A stretch of DNA of 64,000 bases from an archaeon (GCA_030704845.1 JAUYKZ010000002.1:15385-79384); one strand, 5' to 3'; shown: positions 9,566 to 19,363, numbered from the stretch's first letter. Notes: generated by a model from the sequence alone, not told the origin. Made by a program: numbers and translations.

Positions 9566-10687
9566 ATGCCCGTATTATCTTTATGTATGATTGTAAAGAA
9601 CGAGGAAGAACATTTAGAAAGTTGCCTAAATTCCGTAAACGACCTTGTCGATGAGATTGTGATTGTTGATACTGGCAGTACCGACAAAACCAAAGAAATT
9701 GCTAAAAAGTTCACAAAGAAATTATTTGATTTTGCTTGGTGTGATGATTTCGCAGCGGCTAGAAATGAAAGTCTGAAGCACGCAACTGGTGATTGGGTTC
9801 TAGTTTTAGATGGGGACGAAACTCTAGCTGAGAATGATTTACTTCAAATCAGGGAAATAATTAATCGAAAAGATGTTGTCGGTTCTGTCCTTATTCAAAG
9901 AAATTATATTAAAGATTTAAAAGATGTAGAATTAGGAAGGATTGGTGGTATGAATGTCCTCGAAGCAGGTCATGGCGATAAAGGATTTATCAAGTCTGAT
10001 GGTGACAATTATTTTGAAAGTAAAAATCTTGCAGGATGGTTTGCAACTCCTATTGTTAGGTTATTTAAGAGACAAACAGCCGGTTCACTTGCTTCTTTCA
10101 ATGGCGTAGTTCATGAAGACGTTACTCTTTCTTTGAAAGGAGATATAATGACTACAAATATACCCATTCATCATAAGGGCAAATTAGATGTTGAGAGCTG
10201 GAAGAATAAGTGGGCACTTTATGAACACCTTGGTGAAAAGAAAGCAGAGGTCGAGAAGGATTATCATGCTTACTTTGAGTTAGGAAGACAATATGCAGCT
10301 TCTAAAAAACTTGATAAGGCAAAAGAAATGTTTCAGAAATCAATAAGTCTAAACAAAGATTTTTGGTTATCTTGGTTTAATCTAGGTAGTATCTCTTTAT
10401 TGGAAGACAATCTTAACAAGGCCCAAGAATGTCTTGAAAGGGCAAGAACTATAAATCCGAACGCAGTGATGATTTACAGTAATCTTGGTGTAGTTTATGC
10501 TAAAAAGAAAGAATACCCAAAATCTTTAGAAATACTAACTTTGGGGTTAAATTTAGATCCCAATCAACCTTCAATTTTTAAAAACATGGCTCTTTGTTAT
10601 AAAGAGCTTGGGGATATGAAGCGGGCTCAACTTGCTTGGAGAAAAGCAGTTCAATTAAATCCCGGTTATGCTGTTAAAAAAGATTAA
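9566..10687 (+). CDS. GT2-family glycosyltransferase domain + C-terminal TPR repeats
   Basis: LSLCMIVKNEE..IVIVDTGSTDKT..DDFAAARNESLKHATGDWVLVLDGDE, followed by TPR-like repeats in the C-terminal half. Confidence 0.7.
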   Translation: MPVLSLCMIVKNEEEHLESCLNSVNDLVDEIVIVDTGSTDKTKEIAKKFTKKLFDFAWCDDFAAARNESLKHATGDWVLVLDGDETLAENDLLQIREIINRKDVVGSVLIQRNYIKDLKDVELGRIGGMNVLEAGHGDKGFIKSDGDNYFESKNLAGWFATPIVRLFKRQTAGSLASFNGVVHEDVTLSLKGDIMTTNIPIHHKGKLDVESWKNKWALYEHLGEKKAEVEKDYHAYFELGRQYAASKKLDKAKEMFQKSISLNKDFWLSWFNLGSISLLEDNLNKAQECLERARTINPNAVMIYSNLGVVYAKKKEYPKSLEILTLGLNLDPNQPSIFKNMALCYKELGDMKRAQLAWRKAVQLNPGYAVKKD

Positions 10688-10726
10688 TCCTCGAATAATC
10701 CTCGAATAATAATTGACTAATTTGAA

Positions 10727-11719
10727 ATGGTAAGAATAAGTTTATGTATGATTACAAAGAATGAAGGAAGATTATTAGCTAATTGTCTTAATTCTGTTAA
10801 AGATTTGGTTGATGAAATTGTTGTTGTTGATACGGGAAGTATTGATGAGACTAAAGATATTGCGCTAAGTTTTGGAGCTAAAATTTATGATTTTACCTGG
10901 CGTGATGATTTTGCAGCGGCCAGAAATGAAAGTTTAAAACATGCAACTGGCGATTGGATTCTAGTTTTAGATGGGGACGAAGAATTAGACGAGGACGGGA
11001 AGAAGATTCTTCGGGAAATTTTAATCTCTCCGGATGCAGATGGTTACAGTTTACCTCAATTACATTACACTAATGAGCATTTAACTCAAACTGGCATAAT
11101 CAAAATTAATCATCCCAGATTTAAAGGCTACCATGTTTCTGAAGTTATTAGGTTGTTTAAAAATTCTGCAGAAATATTTTTTGATTATTGTGTACATGAG
11201 ACTGTAAGAGAATCAATTCTTAGGAGCGGTGGTAAAATTATGAGCCTTGATGTTTGCATTCATCATTATCAAGAACTAAAGGGTATTGAAGATGTTGAGC
11301 GAAAACAAGAAGTTTATTTTAGGTTGTCATTAAATAATATTAAACAGTATCCTAATTATGCTAAAAGTTATAATGATGTAGCAATATATTATGCTGCTTA
11401 TAAGGAAGATAATTTGAGAGCTTTAGAATATTGTAAAAAAGCCGTGGAGTTAGATCCTGAAAAAGTAGAGTACTTGTTAAATTTAAGTTATCGCCTAAGG
11501 GACTTAGAAATGGACGATGAAGCTATCGAGATATTAAATAAATATGTTCAATATCGAGAAAACGAACAGGTTTACCGAGCGTTAGGTTATATGTATTATA
11601 AGAAGAAATCATTTGAAAAAGCTTATGAGTCATATAATAAAGCTTTAATTCTGGGAACTAGTGCGAGTGAAGAAGTTAATCGTAATCTGGAAATCTTAAA
11701 GAAATTAATGGTTAATTAA
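10727..11719 (+). CDS. GT2-family glycosyltransferase domain + C-terminal TPR repeats (tandem paralog)
   Basis: The N-terminal 90 aa are near-collinear with 9566..10687 (ISLCMITKNE..VVVDTGSIDET..DDFAAARNESLKHATGDWILVLDGDE). TPR-like C-terminus. Confidence 0.7.
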   Translation: MVRISLCMITKNEGRLLANCLNSVKDLVDEIVVVDTGSIDETKDIALSFGAKIYDFTWRDDFAAARNESLKHATGDWILVLDGDEELDEDGKKILREILISPDADGYSLPQLHYTNEHLTQTGIIKINHPRFKGYHVSEVIRLFKNSAEIFFDYCVHETVRESILRSGGKIMSLDVCIHHYQELKGIEDVERKQEVYFRLSLNNIKQYPNYAKSYNDVAIYYAAYKEDNLRALEYCKKAVELDPEKVEYLLNLSYRLRDLEMDDEAIEILNKYVQYRENEQVYRALGYMYYKKKSFEKAYESYNKALILGTSASEEVNRNLEILKKLMVN

Positions 11720-11763
11720 ATCAATATTATATCCGTTTGACATTATCCCTACTAACTGTTCAT

Positions 11764-12420
11764 TTATGGCTTTTCATAAAATTCAGTTTTATTGCCATCA
11801 TAAATCCCCTGTTTAAGTTCTACCGGTCTCCAAGAATCCTGAACCAATTCTGCTTCTAACCAGTCAGCTAACTCTTTAGGATTACCGATAGTTGCAGATA
11901 ACCCGATGATTTGTGGTTTTATCATTGTTTTTAATAATGTGAGTAAGATTTCTAATGTTGGTCCGCGCGTAGGGTCGTTAAGTAAATGTATTTCATCCAC
12001 CACCACTAATTTGACATCTTTTATCCAGGGAGTTTTATGGCGAAGAAGAGAATCCAATTTCTCAGTTGTAAGAATCAATAAGTCATATTGCGAGAGGTGT
12101 GGAGAATCAGAATCAACGTCCCCTGTAGCCATGTTAACTTTATATTCAGATTTTTCAAGTAGTTTTCGATATTCTTTATATTTTTCATTAGCAAGTGCTT
12201 TTAGTGGCACTAAATAAATAGCCTTACCGGTTCCGTGAGTATTGGCGATAGCCATTGATGCCACAAATGTTTTACCTGAAGCGGTAGGGGCACATATTAA
12301 TAGTGACTTTTGATTAAGTAATCCTGCGTTAACTGCTTTTTCTTGGATTGGATTGAGGAAAGAATATTTTGCGTAATGATCCTTAAAGTATTGGGGGAGT
12401 GATAATTCTGAAATATTCAT
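11764..12420 (-). CDS. Ski2/Hel308-like helicase, N-terminal RecA1 domain only (split or truncated gene)
   Basis: Motifs I CAPTASGKT, II DEIH and III SAT. The ORF ends at ..WRPVELKQGIYDG.., exactly where RecA2 would begin. No continuation found downstream. Confidence 0.6.
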   Translation of the reverse strand: MNISELSLPQYFKDHYAKYSFLNPIQEKAVNAGLLNQKSLLICAPTASGKTFVASMAIANTHGTGKAIYLVPLKALANEKYKEYRKLLEKSEYKVNMATGDVDSDSPHLSQYDLLILTTEKLDSLLRHKTPWIKDVKLVVVDEIHLLNDPTRGPTLEILLTLLKTMIKPQIIGLSATIGNPKELADWLEAELVQDSWRPVELKQGIYDGNKTEFYEKP

Positions 12421-12818
12421 TTTTTTCTAAGAATGTAACTAATTTAAAAGATTATGTGCTATTAAACTATTATCAAACGCAAATAGTAAATCCCAAATTA
12501 ATCATCCAATTGTCAAAACATAGAACTTTGTTCCATAACTGAGTTTCATCATTGGGGAATGATGAAGTCCCAAATGTTCAAAATTTTGGTGGATTAAGGT
12601 CTAAAACAAAAGATTGCCAAATTAAAACCGGGGATTTTGCGAAAGACTTATAAACGAAATTTTGGTAGGTAGATTAAAATCAACTAATCAGTTGTCTCTA
12701 AAATCGAAAAAGTTCTCTCCAAAAAGGGCGTGCTTTTCGGAATTTTTATGAGACAATGACGTGGATGATTTAAAAAAACAAAAGAGTAATTATCCAAACA
12801 CGGAGGTGTGTTTTGAAA

Positions 12819-15392
12819 ATGAAAGTAAGAAATGTCGTAAGACGATTAGGCGCTGTTGCCGCAACTGGAGCTATGGTTGGAGCGACTGCAATGGGTGCTT
12901 TAGCAGCAGATTTGAGCAGCTACCCATCTATGTTTGTAACTGATGGAACTTTTAATGGGTTCTTGGTTGTCGGTGAAAATGCAGCATCTGTAGACAACTT
13001 GGCTATGACTGATATTGCAGCAGGTATGAAAGTTAGTGCTGGTTCTGGAAGTGTAACAACTGTTAGCGGAGACGCTTGGATGGTTGGAACAAGTTCCAAA
13101 AAACTAGAAATGTCTAACACTAACGCTACACCTGTTGGTGAACAGATTTATGACATCGAACAATTCATCTCTAATTCGGAATTGGGTGCTTTAGCTACTG
13201 GTTCATACTCCACTGCAGGTAGCAGTTCTTCGTACCAACAATATTTATACTTTGACGTTAGAAATAATGCTCAAAACGAAATTGTTGTATTTGCAGAAGA
13301 TGATAGCGATGTAGTTGCAGACTTTTTATTCGTAAAGAGTGGAAATAACATTGGGGAATATATCTTAGAATTCTCTTCAAGTCCTGAATCAACGATTCAG
13401 GATACAGCTGGATCAGCAAGTTCTTCCGGTACCGTTCTTGATGACTTTGAAAATACAAAGTTAACTATGCTTGGTATGGAATTTGATGTTGTTCTTGCAA
13501 GAAGACCTCAATCAACTCCCGAAGATAGCGTTAAATTAACTTTGATGGGTGGAGCTGTTCGTGGTTCATTGTTAGAAGGAGAATCAACTTCAATGCAATT
13601 AAGAGACACAACTTATGATGTAACATTAACATTCGTAGATGAAACTTATGTTAAATTTACTGTAAATGGTGAACAAACTGATAAATTGCAAAAAGGAGAC
13701 ACCCACAAGTTAGCTGACGGAAATGAAATTGGTGTTTCAGAAAGACTTTATCAAAGTTATGCTGGCGGAGTACATAGTGCTGACTTCTTCCTTGGTGCAA
13801 GTAAAGTTGAATTAAGGGATAATGTAATCACAAACTCTGCTTCAGATACGTCTTTGAAAGTTGGAACTGAAACAATTAGTGGAGCTGATGTAATTGTTGA
13901 AGGTACAGATGATAACACTACCTTTACCTTGACAAAAATTCATGTAAACATGACTGCTCAGGATGATTACTTTGTTCCTGCTGGTGGCAAGTTAAGTGAA
14001 GCTATTGTTGCACAAGGAGACGACAAAGAGATGCTCTTTACTAACAACTGGGACATGGAATACCAAGGTCTAACTGAAGAAACAACCCATCAGATTAGAC
14101 TACATTCATCTACCGATAGAAAGTATACATTACAATGGTTTGATGGTGATAACAACATGGTAGATATGCCTCTTTTGTATGCAAATAGTTCAACTACTCT
14201 TCAGATGTCGGAAGATGCAACTGATAAAGGAGTTATGTTAAATGAAGCTCTTAACATCTCTAAGAATGATTACTTTGTTGTAACTTCTGGAACTGCTGCT
14301 GATGGTAGTGCTAAATCGTTCGCTCTACAATATAAAGGAGCAGATAAGTCAACTGCAACAAGTCCTAAGATTAAATTCAAGAACTTAGGAAGTGGAGAAA
14401 CCTTAGAGTATGCAATTGATACCGGAGCTACTAGCGCTGTTGCAACGATCAAGTTGGGTGGAAACTCATTCGTTATTAAAAACGTTACAGAATCCGCTAA
14501 AACAGCTGCAGACTTTATCATCAATGTTGATTTGAATGGTGACGGAACATTAGCTGACGACGCACCCGCATCTGCTGAAATTGATATCGTAGATAAATAC
14601 GGTGTACTTATTGACTTTGGTGGAGGCCTTTATCAAGCAAGTAGAGGTGGTGCTATATCTCAGCCATTACAAAATGATACGAGATTTGGTTTCGAGATGA
14701 ATTTCTCAGTACCAAATGCTAATGACTACGATAACCAAGCACCCGGCGTTATAGAATTTATTTTAAACGCAACGACAACAAATGAAGTAACAACTCAATC
14801 ATTTAGTAGTGGTCGTGTTGATGGTGCAGTTGCCAACTCCGGTATCACTCCTGAAGGAGAAGAGAATGTTGCCTATGGTATGAACGTGATGGGTGCTAAG
14901 TGGACTTACACCACTCCAAGTGGATCTCCGCAAGAATTCACTTTGGATTACCCAGAGGAACAGATATTACCACAAGTATTCATTACCAGTGGAGCAACAG
15001 CTTCAGCTAGAACCGGTGGAAATTTGGTAACAGTTGAAGGAGTTGTTGGTGCAAGTAAACTTGACAGCGAAATCGCAAGCGTAAGTGCTCAGAACTTAAT
15101 TGTTGTGGGTGGACCTTGTGTAAACACCGTTGCTGCTGAATTACTTGGTAACCCAGCTGACTGTACGGAAGGATTCAGACCAGGCGTATCTCGTGTGAAA
15201 CTATTCACGCATGCTAACGGAAACGTGGCAATGCTTGTAGCTGGTTTCAGCGGTCAAGATACAAGAAATGCTGGTGGATTCCTAGCAACAAGAGCATCTG
15301 AGTTGACTGGCGACGAAGTAGAACTTGAAGGAACAACATCAAGTGATCTTACCGTTGGTGCACCTAGAGCAGTAGTTGCTCAAGTTGAATAA
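12819..15392 (+). CDS. S-layer protein (archaeal S_layer_N/S_layer_C type)
   Basis: The ATG at 12819 is preceded by GGAGGTG. Signal peptide ..GATAMGALA, then ADLSSYPSMFV..DG..VVGENAASVDNLAMTDIAAG. Thr/Ser/Asn-rich body. C-terminal LIVVGGPCVNTVAAELLG motif. Confidence 0.8.
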   Translation: MKVRNVVRRLGAVAATGAMVGATAMGALAADLSSYPSMFVTDGTFNGFLVVGENAASVDNLAMTDIAAGMKVSAGSGSVTTVSGDAWMVGTSSKKLEMSNTNATPVGEQIYDIEQFISNSELGALATGSYSTAGSSSSYQQYLYFDVRNNAQNEIVVFAEDDSDVVADFLFVKSGNNIGEYILEFSSSPESTIQDTAGSASSSGTVLDDFENTKLTMLGMEFDVVLARRPQSTPEDSVKLTLMGGAVRGSLLEGESTSMQLRDTTYDVTLTFVDETYVKFTVNGEQTDKLQKGDTHKLADGNEIGVSERLYQSYAGGVHSADFFLGASKVELRDNVITNSASDTSLKVGTETISGADVIVEGTDDNTTFTLTKIHVNMTAQDDYFVPAGGKLSEAIVAQGDDKEMLFTNNWDMEYQGLTEETTHQIRLHSSTDRKYTLQWFDGDNNMVDMPLLYANSSTTLQMSEDATDKGVMLNEALNISKNDYFVVTSGTAADGSAKSFALQYKGADKSTATSPKIKFKNLGSGETLEYAIDTGATSAVATIKLGGNSFVIKNVTESAKTAADFIINVDLNGDGTLADDAPASAEIDIVDKYGVLIDFGGGLYQASRGGAISQPLQNDTRFGFEMNFSVPNANDYDNQAPGVIEFILNATTTNEVTTQSFSSGRVDGAVANSGITPEGEENVAYGMNVMGAKWTYTTPSGSPQEFTLDYPEEQILPQVFITSGATASARTGGNLVTVEGVVGASKLDSEIASVSAQNLIVVGGPCVNTVAAELLGNPADCTEGFRPGVSRVKLFTHANGNVAMLVAGFSGQDTRNAGGFLATRASELTGDEVELEGTTSSDLTVGAPRAVVAQVE

Positions 15393-15402
15393 GCAGTTAG
15401 TT

Positions 15403-15438
15403 AAGCCTTCGGGCTTTTTTTTTTCTTTTTTTTCTTTC
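15403..15438 (+). terminator. hairpin + long oligo-T terminator after the S-layer gene
   Basis: AGCC-TTCG-GGCT hairpin (UUCG loop) directly followed by T-runs (ttttttttttctttttttt). Confidence 0.6.
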
Positions 15439-15502
15439 TTAAATCATTCTTTTAATATTGAAATAACAAAAGTAATTTAAACCACAAAATAATTTCTAAG
15501 TT

Positions 15503-15952
15503 ATGGTTTATGGAGAACAACCCCAGTATGTCTTGCCTCAGAAGAAATCTCGAGCGCTCATTCCTAAATTTATTATTCTTGCGGTTTTAGGGGTTATTTT
15601 TTATTTGGGCGTTCTTCTCAATGTCGTTCTTTTAGATTTAACGGCAAGCCAAGAAACGACCATTAAACTTACTTCATTGATAATACTCATTATTCTGATT
15701 GGGTTGGGAATTTATTTGGCAATAAGAAGATCAAAACTTCAATACATATTCTATCGTGACCGATTAATCTTCGGAAAAGAAGAGATGTTTTATCATGAAA
15801 TTCTTAATACTAAAATAAAAAAGGATATATTTGATGTTTTATTTCATACTTACGGAATAAACCTTGGCCATGATTTTCATTTACGGCATATTCATGATGA
15901 AATCAATTTAGAGAATTATTTAAACCAACTTATTGCCTATACCAGGAGATAG
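15503..15952 (+). CDS. hypothetical membrane protein
   Basis: 149 aa with two TM helices, then a soluble C-terminus. No motif recognised. Confidence 0.4.
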   Translation: MVYGEQPQYVLPQKKSRALIPKFIILAVLGVIFYLGVLLNVVLLDLTASQETTIKLTSLIILIILIGLGIYLAIRRSKLQYIFYRDRLIFGKEEMFYHEILNTKIKKDIFDVLFHTYGINLGHDFHLRHIHDEINLENYLNQLIAYTRR

Positions 15953-15964
15953 TTAGCAAAAGAA

Positions 15965-16072
15965 TGGACCTGCCCGGATTTGCACCGGGGATCTCCCGCG
16001 TTCTGCTTCATTATGAAAAGTCAGGCGGACGTCATTTGCAGCGTTTTACCGTAGCTACTAGACCACAGGTCC
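15965..16072 (-). tRNA. tRNA gene with two putative introns (tentatively Val-GAC; Phe-GAA not excluded)
   Basis: Minus-strand read is GGACCTG-TG-GTCT-AGTAGCTA[17 nt]TGAC-G-TCCGC-(25 nt loop+intron)-GCGGG-AGATC-CCCGG-TGCAAAT-CCGGG-CAGGTCC-A. Acceptor, anticodon and T stems all pair. Removing 17 and 18 nt gives 73 nt. CCA is not encoded. The T-loop reads TGC instead of TTC. Confidence 0.7.
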
Positions 16073-16122
16073 ATCTTACAAAACAAAATGCTTATATCCT
16101 TTTATAAATTTTATTCAAGTGA

Positions 16123-17247
16123 ATGTTACAAAATCACGACAATTGGTGGAAATATATCCCGGATGGCGCATTAAATCAAATTTATATCGCTACTGCAGTT
16201 CGTTCATTTTCAGTTGCTCTGTTAGGTTTATTTGTTCCAATTTATCTTTATAACGAGATTGGATTCTCTCTTCAGCAGGTTTTGGGGTATTATATCTTTT
16301 TCTCAATAATTCTTGCAGTATCCTCGCCGATAGCTATGAAGTTTGCTTCACGTCATGGGTTAAAACATACAATTCTTTTTAGTGTCCAATTATATCTTAT
16401 TTTTATAATGTTATTATATCTCCTTCAATGGTTTCCGATTCCTTTAGTTCTAATTTCATTTTTTTTAGGTTTGAGCATAGCATTTTATTGGATGGGTTTA
16501 CATTTAGTTTTTCATAAAGCAAGCGATAAAAAACATCGAGGTGAAGAAGTAGGCAAGCGGGAGGGATATTCTATCTTGGTTACGATTCTAAGCCCCATAA
16601 TCGGTGGTCTTCTAATCAAATTTGCAGGGTTTACCATATTATTTTTATTGTCTGGATTTCTTCTTCTTTTTTCAGCTTTTATCTTGTTTAAGAGCAAGGA
16701 AGATTATATCCGCTATAAATTTTCATTCCGTTCAATCTTAAATAAAAATAATTGGAAATATTCTCTTTATTTTGTTTCACGTGGAACTTGGATAGCAGCA
16801 TCGGGGGTTATTTGGCCGTTATTTATTTTCTCAATATTAAATAGTTACATCTCTTTAGGTTTGATTGGATCAATCTTATCTGGGTTTATGGCAGTTTTAG
16901 TGAGTCTTACTGGTAAATTTAGCGATAAGTTTGGAAAAAGGAAGATAATCAGGTCGGTTGTTTGGTTTGAGTCTACATTTTGGTTCCTGAAAGCTTTTGT
17001 TACAACCGTTACTCAAGTTTTTTCGGTAACAATCTTGGGAGCCATTTCATTTGGAATCATGGAAGCTCCTCTTTGCGCTTTAGAATATGACCAAGCTAAA
17101 AATCAAGCAGCGTCATTTTTTGTGATGAGAGAAATTTTTTTATGTTTGGGAAGAGTTTTGTTATTTTCTTTTGTTTTCCTTACGGATAGTCTTTTTGGTG
17201 GACTAATTCTTCAAGGATTTGCTAATTTGGCATTTTTATTAATTTAG
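16123..17247 (+). CDS. MFS-type transporter
   Basis: 374 aa with about 10-12 hydrophobic helices in two halves and a basic central loop (DKKHRGEEVGKRE). Confidence 0.5.
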   Translation: MLQNHDNWWKYIPDGALNQIYIATAVRSFSVALLGLFVPIYLYNEIGFSLQQVLGYYIFFSIILAVSSPIAMKFASRHGLKHTILFSVQLYLIFIMLLYLLQWFPIPLVLISFFLGLSIAFYWMGLHLVFHKASDKKHRGEEVGKREGYSILVTILSPIIGGLLIKFAGFTILFLLSGFLLLFSAFILFKSKEDYIRYKFSFRSILNKNNWKYSLYFVSRGTWIAASGVIWPLFIFSILNSYISLGLIGSILSGFMAVLVSLTGKFSDKFGKRKIIRSVVWFESTFWFLKAFVTTVTQVFSVTILGAISFGIMEAPLCALEYDQAKNQAASFFVMREIFLCLGRVLLFSFVFLTDSLFGGLILQGFANLAFLLI

Positions 17248-17266
17248 ATATCAAATCCTGATTTAA

Positions 17267-17429
17267 ACGCTGAGAATTTCACCATTCTCTTTGTGTATTA
17301 AATGATGGTTTGAAGTAAAACTACCGGATTATTTGATGAAATTCTGGCGTGATCAAAAAGAAACTGAACGAGCGAAGCGAGAACACTCTTGATGTATTCA
17401 CGAGTGATGTTCAGTTTCTCTTTTTGACA
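17267..17429 (+). repeat. hairpin repeat family 2, copy A
   Basis: Shares ACGCTGAGAATTTCA ... TGAAATTCTGGCGTG(A/T)TCAAAAAG.AA..TGA.C ... TCTCTTTTTGACA with 21787..21919. The two arms are mutually complementary, and the second stem shows compensatory changes between copies. Confidence 0.6.
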
Positions 17430-17482
17430 CAAAAATTTATTAAAGGAAGAACTCTTCTTACGTATATCAAAAGAGGTAAGAT

Positions 17483-18967
17483 ATGGCAGGCAAGAAGATT
17501 TCTATTAATGATCCCAATTATCGTTCCGAGCTTCTGAAAGAATTTAAATTCAAAAAAGAAGAAGAATTAGAGGTAATTAAAGGAGATTTTGGAAAAACTG
17601 GTTTTCCCGCACCATTCAAAACTTATCGTTTGTTATGGGAATTATACGATTTAAGTATCGAAGAAACGTATTATTGGATTCTAGATTTCATCCAAGAAAA
17701 TTTTTCTTCAGTAGAAAAGTTGGAAGATTCTTTCGCTGCAGCTGAAAATTCAGCATTTTTTGGCGCATCTCAACAAAGACTTGGAGCACAGCAAGATAGA
17801 GTTTCACAATACCTTGCTACCATGGGGAAAATGGTTAAAGAATTGTTCCAAATGGTTAGAGAATTAAGGATTCTAGATGAGAGATTAACATATTATGATA
17901 AAGTTGAGAAAGAATTAGAAAAACCGTTAGGCGAAAGAAGTAGGAAAGATGAAGTTACTTTGAAAGGCCTATTTGTTGATCTTGTACAAGGTGGTGGAAA
18001 AAGTGCTGGTTCAATCTATGGGATGTCTCAGCAACTTGAATTCATCACTTTACCAGATTTATTCTTTGATGCTCCACCCTTTAAGACAGATGCTGAAATG
18101 GTGCAGCACGTAAAAGATCTTGAGAAAAATTTTAATGATAATCTAATCAGAGTTTTATTACGACATCTTAACAATTATACTACCTGGAGAGAAAGTACTC
18201 ATAAGGAACATGCAAATAGAAAAACTTTCATGTTGAAATATTTGAAACAACATTATGACATTATTCAGATGTATATCTCTTGGGTTAAACCTTATTTACG
18301 TAACGTTAGAAAATTAAGTCTTAAAGATCAAAGAATGTCGACTCCAGAATTAATTGCGGCATTTGAAGGAAGTATGCTTGATGTAGAAATTCTTGCCAAG
18401 AAAAGTCTAGGTCCGATAAAAGCAGGTAATGAAAAAGTTGGCGATGGTTTCAGTTGTTTACTTGCTACTTTTAAATTTAGAACTAGAGCTGAATTAAAAG
18501 TTCAACAAGAGGGATATCAAAGAGGTCCAGTTCACATTGGAAGAATGGAATTAGAACTTCGTTCTTACAAATGGACCGGTGAAGATGTATCAAATTATAA
18601 GAAACTTAAAGAAAAAGAAGCAATGCTTTTACTTGGGGATGTTTCTACTTCAGTCCAAGAAGCCATGGAAGCGTTAGGTGAGGAATTATTTAGATATTTA
18701 AAAGAAGCAACGGGTGAAACTGAAGAAGATAAAGAAACGGAAGATAAAGAAGTAACTAGGTCCCAGAAAAAATTAATGGAAGTATTGTTTGGTGATTTTT
18801 ATACTCCGCAGCATAGAAAAATTAAACAAAGGGGAAAAAAAGACGTCAATAAAGAAATTGCTGAGAGAGTTCTTGATGATTTTAGGAAAGGAAGTCCCGG
18901 GCATGCGGCAATGATTGCTGGATTAACATTTGTTAATTTTAAGAAAGCTCATCGGATGTTAGCTTAG
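17483..18967 (+). CDS. hypothetical protein (coiled-coil rich)
   Basis: 494-aa ORF with clean coding appearance. No motif recognised. Confidence 0.5.
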   Translation: MAGKKISINDPNYRSELLKEFKFKKEEELEVIKGDFGKTGFPAPFKTYRLLWELYDLSIEETYYWILDFIQENFSSVEKLEDSFAAAENSAFFGASQQRLGAQQDRVSQYLATMGKMVKELFQMVRELRILDERLTYYDKVEKELEKPLGERSRKDEVTLKGLFVDLVQGGGKSAGSIYGMSQQLEFITLPDLFFDAPPFKTDAEMVQHVKDLEKNFNDNLIRVLLRHLNNYTTWRESTHKEHANRKTFMLKYLKQHYDIIQMYISWVKPYLRNVRKLSLKDQRMSTPELIAAFEGSMLDVEILAKKSLGPIKAGNEKVGDGFSCLLATFKFRTRAELKVQQEGYQRGPVHIGRMELELRSYKWTGEDVSNYKKLKEKEAMLLLGDVSTSVQEAMEALGEELFRYLKEATGETEEDKETEDKEVTRSQKKLMEVLFGDFYTPQHRKIKQRGKKDVNKEIAERVLDDFRKGSPGHAAMIAGLTFVNFKKAHRMLA

Positions 18968-18985
18968 TTTGGCAATTAAATAATG

Positions 18986-19078
18986 TATACTAAAATGCGT
19001 TAGATTTCGAATATATTAACGCATTTTATATATATAAAGTGTCAAAAATAAGTTCGAAAGCTTTGGCACTTTAGTATA
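18986..19078 (-). mobile_element. MITE-like element, copy 3 (inverted)
   Basis: Reverse complement of the 93-nt element, with a single mismatch. TA-flanked. Confidence 0.85.
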
Positions 19079-19096
19079 GTTCTGCGTAAAGTCATG

Positions 19097-19363
19097 AGAA
19101 ATTCGCCGAAAGCGTCTCACCCTGCTATATCCGCAGAAGCAATAGCTTCTGGGACCCCAAAAATGCTTCGGCATTTTTCAGGGAATGGACTGGGCTTGAA
19201 CAGAGACGCTTTCTTTTATAGGCGAATTTCTGTGACAGCAAAAAGCCAGAAGATAATGCAAAGCCATTCATCCCAGCACTAAAGCCCTGAGAAATCACAT
19301 TGATTTCTGGGACACAAGAAAAGTAGTTGCTTTTCTTTGTGTACTGGGCTTTCTGGCTTTTTT
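19097..19363 (+). ncRNA. unassigned structured RNA candidate (about 270 nt)
   Basis: Locally G+C-enriched. A 22-bp interrupted stem pairs 19097..19118 with 19203..19231. It encloses hairpins 19134..19151 and 19159..19178 (UUCG loop) and helix 19120..19124/19179..19183. A second domain is closed by 19240..19251/19351..19363 and ends in T6. A TATA-like MITE end lies about 20 nt upstream. Confidence 0.5.

Noticed and set aside
19094-19282. 62-aa ORF (MRNSPKASHPAIS...)
   Set aside because: It coincides with the paired stems of the structured RNA candidate. Its composition is not protein-like and it has no ribosome-binding context.
19097-19363. Assignment of the structured RNA as SRP (7S) RNA or RNase P RNA
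   Set aside because: I could not find the helix-8 GNAR loop with flanking AGCA/GGAA-type motifs, nor the GGAAAGUCC / ACAGAA P4 signatures. Identity is left open pending an Rfam scan.
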